A DNA stretch of 64,000 nucleotides, taken from the NCBI GenBank assembly GCA_035084275.1, contig CM068757.1, forward strand, positions 6,510,001 through 6,574,000, given 5' to 3'. The notes beneath the pieces were generated by a model. That model worked only from the letters and a program-made list of their open reading frames with translations, was not told where the DNA came from and searched no databases. Positions 24,338 to 39,014 of the stretch are shown piece by piece. Position 1 is the stretch's first letter; each line of letters starts with the position of its first letter. The stretch comes from Hydrolagus colliei. Taxonomy: Eukaryota. Made by a program: the position numbers and the translations under genes.

Positions 24338-24865
24338 TTTGAAGAGATCCCTGTAAGGGGATGGTTCGAATGTACTTGTATTGCGACTCCTCTCATTCGT
24401 TCCGATCGCTGTGATATGCATCAGAGGAGTTTTTAAGATCTGAATCGTCGTCTTATGCTACAGAGGAGTCGTGAACCAACTGCCTCCCTGCTATGTTCAG
24501 ATGGTTTGTTAAAAGATCAGAACACCCGGGCCTTGCTGTGGGTTGCCTCACAATGCAAAAAGAAAAATCACATTATTACAAAGCCTCTGCTCTGCCCACG
24601 CTCCCACCTGCAAACAATGGGAGCTACAAGGCTGGGGGAAACCCATCTGGGCCTGAGTGGAATGTCGTTCACATCAAATGCACACTTAACACTCGTATGA
24701 TTTTCAATCGTAGTGCTGCCACTTCAACTAATAACTTGGTTTAATCTACTGTGTATGCTCATTTTATCCTGGAACACTGTTCTTCTGAATACACTTGCAG
24801 AACAAAGCATCAATGCATTTAACAGTAATCTTGATTGAAGAAGAAAAGTATAAACATTTTTTTAA

Positions 24866-24990
24866 AAATCCTTGCAATTGATATAGCGTTTTTCACATCT
24901 TATCGACGTCCTAAAGTGCTTCACAGAATATACTGTAAAGTGAATTGACTGCATATTTGTGGGCGAATTGCAGCAGCCAATTGCGCACTT
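24866..24990 (-). mobile_element. SINE 3' portion
   Basis: aatccttgcaattgatatagcgtttttcac..gcttcacagaatatactgtaaagtgaattgactgcatatttgtgggcg..gcagccaattgcgcac. Confidence 0.85.
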
Positions 24991-26048
24991 TTTTTTTTAT
25001 TATCCGTCCAAAAAAAAAAGTTTTAGAAAGGTTTGAGAAGGCGAATTGTCTGGTCAAGATTCTCCCCCCAAAAAAGCTGAGCTAATCAGACTCAAAAGAA
25101 ACCAATCGGCTCACGTACTGACCTGGGACTTTAATAGTTAGCCACTTAGATTTCAATCCTAATCCATTTGTATCTTAATGGAAAGCAGCCGTCAAACCAA
25201 ACCTGCAGCTTCTACCCTGGTTGAAAGCATGTCCTGACCATCCAAGTGCAGACAGGCTGAGTACTTCAGCCTGGATCAATGCTCAAGTTAATTATGGCTT
25301 GATGACATTCTATTTACAGTGCAAAATACTGTACAAACACCCTAACCTTGCTGACATGGTATTTCAGCATCAGTGAATGAGCATGTGTGCATGCAATGTA
25401 AAGAATACACAAAAAGAGTTAAGAATGAAACAAAATCTGGGCATCCAGATTTTTCTGTGGGTTTCTGCAGGCAGATTAATATTTTGAGTATTATTATTAT
25501 TATTATCATCCACAAGTGCATTTCAAAATCCTTCCTTCCTGGCCAAATGATTATTTGAAATGCTTTGACATTTTGAACACCATAGATGAGATCCTCCAGT
25601 CAGTGACAATGGAAAATGCTCTGTACTCTAATCTAAGTTGTTAATAGTCCGTAAATTGTGCCATGTTAGATACACCAATTAATACTTTGTCTATTGACGT
25701 AAGGAGAAGCTGAGCCAATCAACCACAAAATAACTGAAGAAAAAATACCAACTGTTTTGTGGATCTCATAACAGAGCTATCATTCATTTACATTGGAGAA
25801 AAACATCTTTACTGGTACATTATGTTATTTGGTCACAATATTGAAGGCAGTGTTTCCAACAACCCCTAAGCCAGAAAAACTTGGACCACAGAACACGTAT
25901 AGCAAAGAAGGAGCCCATTTTGCCTGTGCTCTAACTATAGCCAAACCAGTTAGAATTCTACTGCCTGTTCTTTACCAATGGAAAGTGCAGTGAACACTAA
26001 TCACAGATAAGGTGCTAAGAAGGAAGCTTCAATCACTGGGACCAACCT

Positions 26049-26420
26049 TAATAATAATCTTGACCTTTGGTATTCTGTTTTTCATACCAGACAAAGTCTC
26101 AAAATGCTTCACTGGAATTTACTGTAGAAAAACGTAGTGACTGTGTGTTTTGTAGACAAATCTGGAAGCCCAAATTGCACAAAGTAAAGTCCAACAAACA
26201 GCCATGAAGTAAATGACCAATTTATCTGGGAGACTGTTGGCCAGGACATCGAGAGAACTTTACATCTCTTTCTGAATGGTGTTAAGTGATCTTAAGGCCC
26301 ACCTAGACAGGCAGGGACCTCAGTTCAATGTTTCATCCACAGGACAGGATCTCTAAGAAACACATCACCCCAGTATTGGATTGTCAGCCTCCAGAGTTCA
26401 AAGTCCCAAAATGGGGGACT
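26049..26420 (-). mobile_element. Deu-domain SINE, degraded
   Basis: Reverse tail, then tgttggccaggacatcgagagaact..cacctagacaggcagggacctcagttcaatgtttcatccacagga..ttgtcagcct. Confidence 0.7.
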
Positions 26421-29400
26421 TTTATTCATCAGTTCCAGAGTCAATAGCACAGCAGGAGACAAGGTTGCTGTTATCCAGTCTGAATAGTCTCAGGTGACCA
26501 ATTACCTGGTTGAAATCAAATCACAATGCAGGATGTTTTAAAGCTCTGAGGGCAGGTTTGGAGCTTTTGATGCAATGGCATGCCAAATGGCAACTCACAG
26601 CCACTGATTGAGTAAACAAGAGAAGCCAAGTCTATCCCCTGATAATACTGTTGGAGGGTATCATTATCCCAGTGGCAATGTGGAAATGGATGGGTCTATT
26701 CTCTCCGCTAGCCTTCTACATAAGAGGAAATACACAACCAACAGTCTACACACTGACAGTAGAACAAACAGGCCGCACAATATTTGTAAATGAAAGATGT
26801 GTGTGGCTTTCAGCACATTTTGCAAAGCTGATTTATCTTGGGCAAACAATGTTACAGGTTTAGCCTCACCGTATGTATACAGAGCAACGACTGTTAAGAA
26901 AGTCTATCCAAAGTTCAAAGTCATATTCGTTGAAATGAAATATTGGTGTTTGGCTATAATTTGGAAATTAAGATAACGTGTGACGAGTTCCTCTTTGGAA
27001 ATGATTTCCATTAGGATAGACAACTGAACTGGTGAGATTTTTTTTTGATTGGTTTTCATTTGGAGTGCAGAAAACATGTCCGATGATCTGATTTGCTTCA
27101 TTTCTCAACCATTGCCTTGGCATGTGTAACCAGGCTGCTAAAACTGAGCTCCCTTTGTCGGTACATGTGTTCAATCTTTGGAAAGATTCAGACTGATCAA
27201 TTATGTAACAGATATCTTACAATGAATATCCTGCATACCTCCTCATGTGCAATTTGTCCAGAGACAGAGCTGGTGTTTCAGCACACCATGCAATCTTTTG
27301 CCCTTCAGTATTTTTGTACTTCATTCTTAGCAATTTTCTGACTGACCTTGAGGATTATAGAGTGGCAAAATTAGTTATGAATTAATGCCACTTGTGTCCA
27401 TTCCACTGGGACATATAGTGAGAGATTGCTGCATAATTACTCCAAAACACTGGAGGTCTGTGGCACAGAAATGTACGGGGGTTGTTGCATTTACGGGTAA
27501 CACCAGAGTCAATTGAAGCATGGATTCCAGGTCCATAAAAATGGTGACATGCATCAATGAGCAAATCACATCTACCCTGAATTGTAGCTCCCATGGAGTG
27601 CAGTCATTTCAAATGAAAAACACTTGGTTTAGGTTAATCAAATTCAAGCCCATAATATTTGGTTTAATTGGTGTTTAGTCATAGTGCAGTAATCAATTAC
27701 AGCTGTATTTAATTCACTGTAAAAACGGTAATAGGTGTAATAAAAGTAGAGTTACCAAACAAACCGTTCTGTTATAAATAACAAAATTGCCAGACATGAG
27801 ATTCTAGCTCATATATTCAAATCACTTATGAAATATTACATTGTGGCATTTGTAGATTTACCCACTCTATTCTGAGATAACCTCCATCTATTTAATTCAC
27901 CTTTCTTTAAATATTAAAGCCCAGAAGGAAAGAGAATAACCCAATAATATCTGAATTGTTTGCAATGTGCTGTAGTAATATTTAAAAGTCACTTGTGGGA
28001 AATTAAAGTTTTTAATTCAGAAGATCAATGATTGATACCCAATTATGTACAGATCAAATTGTATATCCCAAGCCAGGCCTTTGTTTCATTTGCTTTATAA
28101 TCACATAAAACAATGATCTCAATCACAGCAAAATGTATAAGCACATTTCTTACTGAGATGTCACCTAATGGCACACATCTTTTCAAACTCCTCTCCCTCC
28201 TGATATGCTGTGTGACCTTTATGCTGGTCAATCACCACGGTAAGAGTCCACTTGTACCTTCCAGGCCTGCAAATTCCAGGCATTCAAAGCCAGTGCTAGG
28301 ATAAGCAATGCTTCTCCTTGGAGCTTCCATTAGCCTTCAGTTGGACTTGTCATCTGAGCACACCCTCGGGTAGCAGTGAAGCCACATTATGATTCAACAC
28401 TGACTGCAGTGTCTTATATACATTGTTTTCCCAGCTATAAGAAAACTGGTTAGAGATGAATGATGAATAGCTACAGAAATATGGGGGAAGTCGGTGGGTG
28501 GAACAGAATGGAAAACTAATCAGAGAAGCTCTGAAAATTCTTTATAACACATTATATTGATATCCAATTGCTTACAGTTTGGTTCAACTAATTCAGCGTG
28601 CAAGCATGCATTATATTGGATCAGCAAAGAACGTGTATGATTGTAGGTTAGATGTGTACGTGTGTGCCATGTTTGAGACAAGAGATGGATCTCTTATGTT
28701 CACTCACACTGTAACTGAGATTTTGTTGTCTGATATGTGTCAATTATCACAGTTTATTTCAGTACCAGGGGCAAACTTCTATCTAAGCCACTGTTATCTA
28801 CCCTGGTTATAGTTTGCAGATAATTTAATCTTGTACTACATCAGTGGCATTGACAAGAGCAATCACAGGCTACTGATCAGCAACAAAGCTGAACTGCACA
28901 GCACTACAGTGACTGGCCAAATGATTGGCTTAAGAAAATAAGTCATTTTAACTGTTATTGACTGACTTGACAGACATCTTCAGTTTTCACATTAACCAGC
29001 TCTTTCTCTTCTGTAATAATATTGACAACAAAACTGTGGACAATAGTTCTATAGGAACTGGTCTAGTGGGAATGAATTGGTTTGCAGATTTGAAGGCGGC
29101 TAAATTACTCAGCAGTGAATCGAGTGGAATTTTAGACCTGGTCTGTTTCTACTGGTCAGCTAATGCAATGATGCAAAACATAAACACTGGACTTCACAGT
29201 GCAGTTTTAAGAAAGTGCAATGAACTCTAGTCACAAACAAAACAAGCCCTTTCTGAACAAGGTTTTTCTGCTGACTAATTATCACAAACCTCAGATCAAA
29301 ACCTGGTATCAAAGGTCCGAAAGGGGGCCCAATGAAGCATTCAGAAATCTATAAAGTGGACAGCGAGTCTTTTATCTATTTATAAGTATGCTCAAAAAAA

Positions 29401-29924
29401 TAATATTCCTTTGATGACTTAAATAACTTCGAGAATCTGACCTTTATTTTAATAACTTCTCACAGGATTCACAAAGCCCCAGACTTCTCCCACTTTTGCC
29501 TCATCAAACCGCAGAACCGATTGGATATTGACAGGTGTAAAACATTCCAGCGAGGAAAATAAAAAATTCTCACAAGATCGTCAGTACTTCAGGCAAGAGA
29601 TTTCAATTACACTTACAGCATCTGATCTCAGCTTCCATTTTCCTACATAGAGATTATATTAAACGAAATGCACATTCATCTTAAATGGCCTAAATGTGGA
29701 GAATAATCATAAGAAAGCGTGTGTTCAGTGAGTGAAATAGCATGTGATGAACACTGCAGCGCTCAACTTCTTGATATGCAATTGAAAAGTGGTGTTGTGC
29801 AGCACTACAGTGGTGAGCGACATGATTTCTGTCAGGGGAAAGAACGGCATTTTAACCCTTTGACCAGTGCCAGTTTGAAAAATAAGCATCTCTGAAGGAT
29901 TATCATCAAGTAGAATTGGAGACA

Positions 29925-30040
29925 TAATTACTCCTTACATCTGATTTAGAGTCTTTCAGGCATAAAGGTCACATTAAAGGACTTACTGTAAAGTGTAGTG
30001 ACTATTTTTGTAGGCAAACTGGGCAGCTAATTAGCGCGCA
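29925..30040 (-). mobile_element. Degraded SINE 3' portion
   Basis: cttacatctgatttagag..tactgtaaagtgtagtgactattttttgtaggcaaactgggcagctaatt. Confidence 0.55.
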
Positions 30041-33000
30041 CACACAGAGTCAGAAATAAGAAACTCTTCCCAATCATATTGATTCGTGAAATTGAATAGG
30101 ATGTTATGACAATGTTTATTTTTGAGCAAAAATGCTACAGCCTTGCTTTTACTTTAGAAAAGAATGCAACTTCCCGTTATATCAATGGTGTGATACGGGA
30201 TACTGGTCAACACAACGTTAGTATATATTGATGTGATGAATAATAGATATCTGTGAGTCTCACCATAAAGGCCAGTAAACAACAACAACTTGCATTTATA
30301 TAGCACCCTTCACACGGGGTAGCATCCTGGAGTGTTCAAAGCAAGATTGAAAAGGGACTTGAAGGTGCGACCTGAATCTAACACTAAACTGCAATCTTGA
30401 AATGACTGTGGCCACTTTTGGTAAAGGGAAAAGCCTTTCACTGACAAGCTCTGCCCATTTATCGCCCCAGACTGCACTTCACTTGTAGCCAGTCAGGATA
30501 CGAGATGGGTAACCTGCTGTGCCAGGCATCTGCCAATGTTGTCCCAAACTGGGTACCGGAGGATCAACAGGATAAGCTGATGGACAACTCACTGGCTCGC
30601 CATGATGGGACTCTGCTTGCCACATACCTACATGGCACCACTGTTCCACACACCCACTGTATCGTATGGGTATGTGGCAAGTCATTCAGAATTCTTTGAA
30701 ACGAAAGACAGTCGTCGAATAGAAGGTTTCAGTTTTGTCAACAGTCTTACCACAGACTTCAGCTTTGAGAGACAGTAATTGACATCAGCGCATCCATCAA
30801 GATTTATTCTGTACACTTTGTGGCAGGTATCTACAGAAGCCTGATCTACTTGTCCAGAGAACAAGAAAACCTCGGTGCTCGTCTGTGACCTTACGCAGTG
30901 GGATAATCATTTGTCTTAATGCCTCATTGGTTAGAGGTAGGTACGATCAGTTATCAGTGAGGTAACATACTTGACACACTGTCGCAGCCAGAATGTCCAG
31001 CTATTCATAACGCGCTAATTATCAAAAGTGCTAAGTCTGGCCTTCATCATTTATTTTCCACGTGCCTGTAGATACTGATGTATACATAGGGTGAGGAGTA
31101 CAGCATCAAAGAAAGGTTGCCAGAGCTTGTTAAATCACAGTCTGTTCACTAACGGGATTAACGCAGGTTTTGATTCATGAGACGAGCTGATCAGGGAAAA
31201 GTACAGGACATTGACAGATAGAATAACGTAAAAGACAGAAAAACAACACAAACTAACTTTCCAAATCTCTGCTCATAACCTGTGAATGCCGAATATTTTT
31301 TTCCAGTCCTTAAGATGGGGAATGAATGGCTGAAAACAGCACCCTTCTCAGAATGTCCAAAATAGCTTACGGCTCAATTCTTGATTTTGTTGCCGATTCT
31401 CCTCATAAGTAGCATCAGCAGAGCAATTCTTCAGTATTGTGACAACTACTGGAAAGAAAGGAATCCCTTTCCCAGCTGGACTTTGTAAACCTTACTTCAA
31501 GATTCAGACTTGAAGTCGGGATATTTCAAAAGTATTTCAGACAAACTTTCCTTGCTTCGAGTTCTTGCCACCAAGCTATCACCTAGTTAGAAGGCGAGAA
31601 TACCAGCCATGGATTTCACCATACATTCAGCATGAATGTGTTGTCCCGGTATCATCAACAAGAGACTATTTATCCCAAAGCCCCAAATCCCTCGTCATCC
31701 TCTCTTACTTGAACCCAATCCACTGACGTGCACAAGATCACCTCCAGCAGCTTTGCTAAAACGCAACAAATCTGTGACTGTTGTCACTGAATTTAAATTC
31801 AAGTACAATGAGTTCTGTCCGTGGATAACTTCACATGGGGCACAAAGCCAACATTAGGCAATCTCTAAGGAAAAATGACTTGGTGACAGTTCAAGCAACA
31901 CTGATTTATTTAAAGCTGGAGCTGGCATTTTGCTATTTCTACAGACCGCTAATTTTATTGAAGTGTTCTCTTAGGTCAGATGCGCTATGATTTAAGCCAA
32001 GCTTTATGGTTGTCTACTTAACAGTGAATTGCTCAGCTTTTGTTTCTATTGCTCAGCAATGCCCTGGTCCGAAATGCGGTCAAAGATTTACTGTCCACCC
32101 TGCATTACAACAGGCTGGCAGGATTGAAAGAGGTTGTCGTTCAGATTACTGTAAACTGAGACCATCTGGCATCATATTGACAACATTTTACCATCACACA
32201 GCACAGCAAGAAGACCGCTACTATCCGATTAGTTTGGAGTAAAACTACCATCATTAAACTACTGTCCAATAACAAACGCTGCATAATTAATAATAACCAG
32301 AGGAACAGCAATAATTGCTCTGCTTGCAAATAAAATCCCCCGCTGTGCAATATTCTTGGGTATTCTGGTATTAAAGGGTAACAGTATAATTAGAAGACGC
32401 AATAATTAAAGAATTACTACAGTGAAAACAGCAGTGCCGCATGTTTTCTGTGTCCGTATACATGGAGGATGATTGTTTGGCTGCTAGCATTTTCTGTGGT
32501 GGTTCATGACACCAATACAGGGGCCAAAAAAGGGATATAATGTTGTTTATCTTCCTCATCTCATCAGAGCTGCTATCACGGTTAAGAGTCTGGGGACACA
32601 GGCTTAGAGTCTTGGGACACCCCGCTGTGGATCAAGAAAATCTGTAGTTTCATTGACCAAAGGGACGCTGTGTCACATACCAAATGGTAAAAGGCAGCAC
32701 TTTTACCCCAGAGGCAGAATACCGACACACCTGAGGCAGAATAGCACACTAATGGCCTTGCTGAGAACAAAGAACTCATTAAGGAAGCAGGGAAAAAAAC
32801 AATTGATTTTTTTTAGCAGAGCCGATTGTCAGGCACCAATAAAACCACCTGCAAGGAAAAGTAACCTCTTGTATTTGTGCGTACATGGTATCATAATGGC
32901 ACACTAATTGTTTTCCTTGTTTGACGCATTCTCAAATGTTAGAAGCATACGATTTCTTTTGCGTAGAATTACAGTAGTAATGTTAGTTTTTTAATAGATG

Positions 33001-33719
33001 AATGAGATACCCAAGGAATAGGGGAAGGCTAAAAATGGACGAAGTAAGAGGAGATGGATCAAGTCATGAATATTCAACGAGATGAATCATGAATGGACAT
33101 GCACTAGGCTGAATGAAATTTGGTTATACAGTTGGTGGCCAAGAGTTTATGAGATTATCAAAGGAATTTGAAGATTTTTACAGATCTTTTACCAAACGTT
33201 ACTAAATTCCTTTGCTTCAAGTGCTTCAGAGAATACATATACTGTAAGGTAAATCAACTCTATATTTTGCGGGCGGAGCTAAACTCACATAGAGCTAAAC
33301 TGGTCTAGTCTGAGATCAAAAGGGCAGCACACATATACACAATTTGCATTTTACACTGAGGACAAGAAATTGGCCATTAAAAGTTGCAGTTATCAATGTG
33401 AAGTGCTGGTGCCTGATTTTCACTTTCCTGCTGACTATCACAGTAAGACAGGTTTGTAACTGCAGCTGATTTGCTAATCTTAGGCACTCAGTATCCAATT
33501 TACATTTTTCCCCCCCTTTTTTAAAATATACTGCCTGACACCATTATTGCTTTCTACATGATTCAAGAGATGCTGGTTTTCTCATAATATTTTCAATATC
33601 AGGCCTGCAGCTAACCAGGAAGTGTGAAAAAAAATCCAGTGTTACTGATGAGAAGCTGAAGGGCTGATTGTGTCCTCACTCAGGACTGACTGTTTTGTCA
33701 GCTTGGATTAGTCAGGAGG

Positions 33720-34290
33720 ATTCTGACCTCTTGGGTAGAAGGCCATAAGTCCAAATCTCAAAATGGATTGGAGCTCACAATCTTCAGTTCAATAATTCCA
33801 TTGAACTACTGGGTTCAATGGAATTAATGCAGTGCATTAATGGAGGTGTTGTGGGCCTTGGGCTCCACTATGTGAAGCGTGCTGAGACGCCATCTGGCAT
33901 GGAGGGCGCTATATAAATCCAACTTGTTGATGTCTATGGATTGGCTGCCGTGTTTCGCCCACAAATATTCAGTCAATTCGCTTTGCAGTATATTCTGTGA
34001 AGCACTTTTCACGTCTAGAAGACATGAAAAGCACAATATCAAATTCAAGGATATTTACTATGGATGAGATGTCAAACTGAAGTCCCGTCTACAATGTTTA
34101 GTTGTAAGTTAAATCGGACCCTTGGTACTATTTCAAAAATGGTACAAAGTTTCTCCCAGTGTCGAGGTCAGCAGTCCTCCAGATAAATTAATCATTCACT
34201 TCATGGCTGTTTGTGGGACATTTGCCTACCAATACACAGTCACTACCCTTGACAGCAATTAGCTGAAAAGTGTTCTGAGACAATTGGCTT
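33720..34290 (+). mobile_element. Composite: old Deu-type SINE hosting an L2-type tail (about 33853..33932) and a younger SINE tail (about 33942..34057)
   Basis: Host sequence gcagtgcattaatggaggtgttgt resumes as ggatgagatgtcaaactga. The SINE tail is flanked by the direct repeat CTATGGAT (33934-33941 and 34058-34065). Confidence 0.75.
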
Positions 34291-36486
34291 TGCCAAGTGA
34301 AGTCATGTAAATCAAAAGTCACATTCTCATTCGTAACAAGCGGCTCTACATTAAAACCACACAAACAGCTTTAAATAACCCCGACCTGAAAATCTAGTGA
34401 TTTGGTTGTCGCATTAAATTAGTGAACTTTACACAGAAGATTGCATTTGGGTTACCAAAGTTATGAAATTATTAAATCATTATTCTGTTCCCTCATTAAA
34501 AAAATGGCAAACAGAAGACCCATCAGATACTATGGAGGTGCAGCTCTAAATATCCTTTCTTTTGTTCCTTCTTATTGAATATTGCCGTGTTCATTTCACT
34601 AATACAAATATTCCAAGCATCAAATCAGAATGTCTCATCGGAGCAAACAGGCTAAATTATGACGTGGGCATTCAAATTTCTGTGGCAACGGATCCTATTT
34701 CTCGTCTACTCTTTGACTGGCACTATTGCATCTCTAAGTTTATCAAACGAAGTTGAATGAACTGCAGCCAAACCACTGACTTGAGTCCATAGAATACTTC
34801 AAACACAGAATTCTCTGTAACTTTCCTAAACTGGGGCTTAAATCTGAGGCTTGATTCAAACTCCGCTTCCTTCATTGCTCTCCCTGAATCTGTCACAGTA
34901 AAGATAATCGCAGCAACCTTTCCTACCCCACTAATACACTTCCTTCTCCCTATTGCAAATCAATGACCTTTTCCTCTTAGTATTTGAGAACATATACCAG
35001 TCAAGCATAATAGGTCGAAAGCTTTATTTTTAACTTATTAAGATATGATGTTTCTTGGAGGAGATTCATCATTTGTAAATATGCCACCCCATCCCTAATG
35101 GGATTTTCAAAGAAACTGACAAAATCCTCTGGAGACAGGAAAACATCACTTCACAGAAAAAAGTCAAAGGTATGAAAGGGCCATCATGAAAGACTTTGTA
35201 ATAAAATAATGTGTCCAATACATGGTCATCAAGCATCTTCTATGTGTTTGGGTGTGCGCATGTGTGTGTGAGAGGTGTGTTATGTGGTGTGGGGGTGTGT
35301 GCATGGTGTAATTTTATGCGTGCGTGTCTGTATTCTGTTCAAATTACAGACCAATGGCTGAGCCACTGCGCCCTGTAAACCAGCAATTTAAACACGGGAA
35401 TTTGCTCAAATCAAAATTTCAGGAGCAAAGGGATAACAAAAGAGGGCAACACTCAGCATGGGGAATTAGCTCTGCACATTCGCTGAAAGCTGCTGGTCTT
35501 TACTCGAACGCTCACAGATGGAAAGAAACATGTGCTTTGTGTGCTTACGCGACACTAACAGATAACAAAAGCCAGCAACAAAATGTGCACTGTTTCCAGC
35601 TCTCAATAAACTCTGACTCAAACTTGTTTTTGTTTGATCAGTTGAAACATACAATAGATAGCAGGGGAAGAGAGGTGGGGTGGCTCGAACTCACAAAGTG
35701 ACTTTTTTTTAAAGGGTGTGCAATGCAGGCTACATAGTGAGAAATACTCTTGTGATAAAACATTGCTGACACATGACAACATCCCATGTCAGTTTGCTCA
35801 ACATGGTCAATGAATCCAGTGACTATCAGCAAAACCAACCCAAAGCTTCAAATGGTGTATTTACACTTGTGTCATGGTTTAACATGCAATATCATCTGCA
35901 GGTCCTATTTCCCATCTTGTTGTGGGAATGGAACTGGGCAGAAGTCAGGGAAGAAAAGAGGCAGCGCACACGGGACAACATGACGACACTGTCTGCACAC
36001 CGCAGGCAGCCTGCAGCGATGGTTAACCCAATCTCGACCTGTCAGCTCTGTGAATCCCCCAACGCAATCAACAACATTACAAATCATCAAAATTCTCAAC
36101 AGAACGTCATGAATTAATGCCAACCACTTTATAATTGCCTCCAATGTGCATTTAGATGTGGCCGTGCAGCAACAGTAAAAAAAAACACACACACATAAGC
36201 CACCAGGATGCAAATTTGTAGCATCAGCAAAGCTCAATAAACAAAAACTGAATAATCAAATTCAGTTTATGGTGCTATAGCCACTGGGTACAACTCCGCA
36301 CTGTTATAATAACCCACACTAATGGTATATCCTTGGCTTTCAATGGTTTAGCTGCAACAATTATTACTAATTAATATGCAGCTTTGCTATGGGTTATGGC
36401 AGTCTATTTGTTTAATATAATGAATGAAATTAATTTTGTTAAGAGATAGCCTTAAAGTCGAGGTTTTTATTGAAGCCCTCCCATCA

Positions 36487-36690
<204 letters not shown>

Positions 36691-36820
36691 TCATTAAAAA
36701 CTATTAGAATGGAAAATACGTTGAAAATATCATTCACGTGGCTAAATGGCTCAGAGTTAATGCATTCAGCAGGGTGAGCAAGATTCACAGATGTTGTTGC
36801 TCTGGTTCAATGTAGATCAA

Positions 36821-36962
36821 AATAATCATAATAATAATGACAATCATCATTGCGTTTGATATAAAGCACATTATCACATCTTCGAGAAGTCTCAAAGTGC
36901 TTCACAGAGTATACTATAGAGTGACTGTATTTTGTGGGTGAATCGTGGCAGCCAATTTGTAT
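36821..36962 (-). mobile_element. SINE 3' portion, about 230 bp upstream of the exon 2 acceptor
   Basis: ttgcgtttgatataaagcacattatcacatcttcgagaagtctcaaagtgcttcacagagtatact..gtggcagccaatt. Confidence 0.8.
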
Positions 36963-37432
36963 AACAACTCCAATATAATAGATCCCAGCAAAAGGATTAA
37001 AACATGATTGTGCCCGAGTTTTCATTTCTTAGAAGGCTTAAATGGGAAGCTTCTTTCTGTGTGCAGTGTATCCAGGCCAGAGATGTGCTGATGAACTGGA
37101 TTAATGGAGCTGAATTTCATTTTACAGCACTTTGCAAATCGCTTCAAAAATGATATTCATATCGGTAACAAAATAATTGAATGACTTTCTAACAAGTTAT
37201 CTGACAATAGGAACACACACAATAGTGTATTATTCTCTGTTGAATGACAGCTTAATTCTCCTGCTTTTGCCCTTTTGAGTTGCCCCTCGATTTTTTGTCC
37301 TTTCGTCAAAAGTAGAAGCAATTGTATGTTTTCTGTATCTCTCCTATGCATCTACTTACCAAATGCCAGATACATAGAGTACAACGAAGGAAGATTCCTT
37401 GTTGATTGACATTACAGATGTTGAACACTGTG

Positions 37433-37630
37433 AAGATTTACCGTACACAGAGTTCTTGGCACAGAAATCAGACTCCGAGTTGACCTACAGTACACAGTGT
37501 AGGCTCTGTTTGTTCTACAGTACACAGATCATGCTCCAAGCTGTTTTATACCCCCACAGATACCAGATTCCGGTTTACACCTATGGTATACAGCAGACTG
37601 AGCTGATTTACAACACACAGACTCTGAACT
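37433..37630. repeat. Degenerate tandem repeat (unit about 30 bp, 5-6 units)
   Basis: Units: ttgacctacagtacacagtgtaggctctgt / ttgttctacagtacacagatcatgctccaagc / tgttttatacccccacagataccagattccggt / ..tgatttacaacacacagactctgaac. Confidence 0.6.
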
Positions 37631-38400
37631 GTTTCCCCTGTTATTATGGAAATCCAATAAAACTCAATGCCAAGAAATTAGCATTTGCTGGGGTCACATC
37701 GCAGGTTCCCAGATGCAAGAACGTCCTCAAAAATGTTCTAAACATACAGTCAGATAAAGATCTATCCAAACACTGAAACCAACCTGCAACTGCTGGGGTA
37801 AAATCTACATTCATCATCTACAATTAACGTGAAATTAACTTAATTGGATATGCACAAAGCAAAATGCTCCTCACCCCTATGATCTTTTTAATCTTATGAT
37901 TTGAGTGACATTCTAACCACAGTCTTGTGACCAGAACCAATATTTTATTTTAATTACTCATTGTTTAAGTTTACCAGATGTGCTTCAATTTCTCGGTTAC
38001 TGGGGTCCTTTAATAACTAATGCTCGACTTCAAACTGAGCCAAATCACCTCCTTAACAAATCCAAATACAAGTGTGTAATTAATTGGATTCCAGATTTGT
38101 TTTTACAGTGTTGGGAGGTGCAGAAAAATAAAGAAACTTAATTTCACACCATAAAACCTAGTCAACACATAGCATCGAGATTGATCTACAAAAATGCTCC
38201 CCCGCTGATCAAATAGAATTCTCTGTATAAAAGAAATAGTGTGTACATAAAACCCGATAATTACTAGTGTAATTAATACTGGTTATCCATTTATTAGCAC
38301 TGCATTTTTTTTTAGTATGCGAATGTACTGTATGATAGACTTTGCTATCTTCTGCTCAAGGGAATTCCAGGCTAGCAGGGCAGTGAGTTAGGAAGCTGTG

Positions 38401-38455
38401 GGCATCACATGGGCATCTCAGCTTGGCATCACATGGGCATCTCAGCTTGGCATCA
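38401..38455. repeat. Perfect 24-bp tandem duplication
   Basis: ggcatcacatgggcatctcagctt occurs twice, followed by ggcatca. Confidence 0.92.
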
Positions 38456-39014
38456 GCATTTGCGAGAAGAGTTGGGCTGGTGAGAATCTACACTGAGAAT
38501 TTTGCCAGAGAAAAATGTTTATCGGTTTTGGGCCGGGTCGAACAGGTTTGATTTCCAGGTTCAGTACTTGGATAAGCCGTAGGGGGTTATTGTATATAGC
38601 AAAATCCTTTGATGCTTTGGGTGAAGAGGCAGCCATTCCTCTTCACTGTACTGGGAGCATATGAACAGGTGGCTTTGTCCAAATCTGACAGGGAACTGTT
38701 TGCTCAACTGGAAGGTGTGAGTTTCCACCCCGAGATCATAATCAGGTCAATCTTCATCACAGCACTTGTGTCTATCCAGTCTTATCCTGTGAGAAGCAAT
38801 TTGTTTTCAATTTTGTTTTTGTGGCAATTGTGTATTAATTTTAGTTTTAATTTGTAGACCAGTACTGATGTGGCGAACTGGCATCAATTCTAACAATGGC
38901 TCCAACTCACTTCCACTTCTTTACTGATATTAATGATCAGTTTCTACCAATTGTAGAATGGTTAAATATACCAGATGCCAAATAAAAGCACTGGAGAAGA
39001 ACAGTAAACATTAT

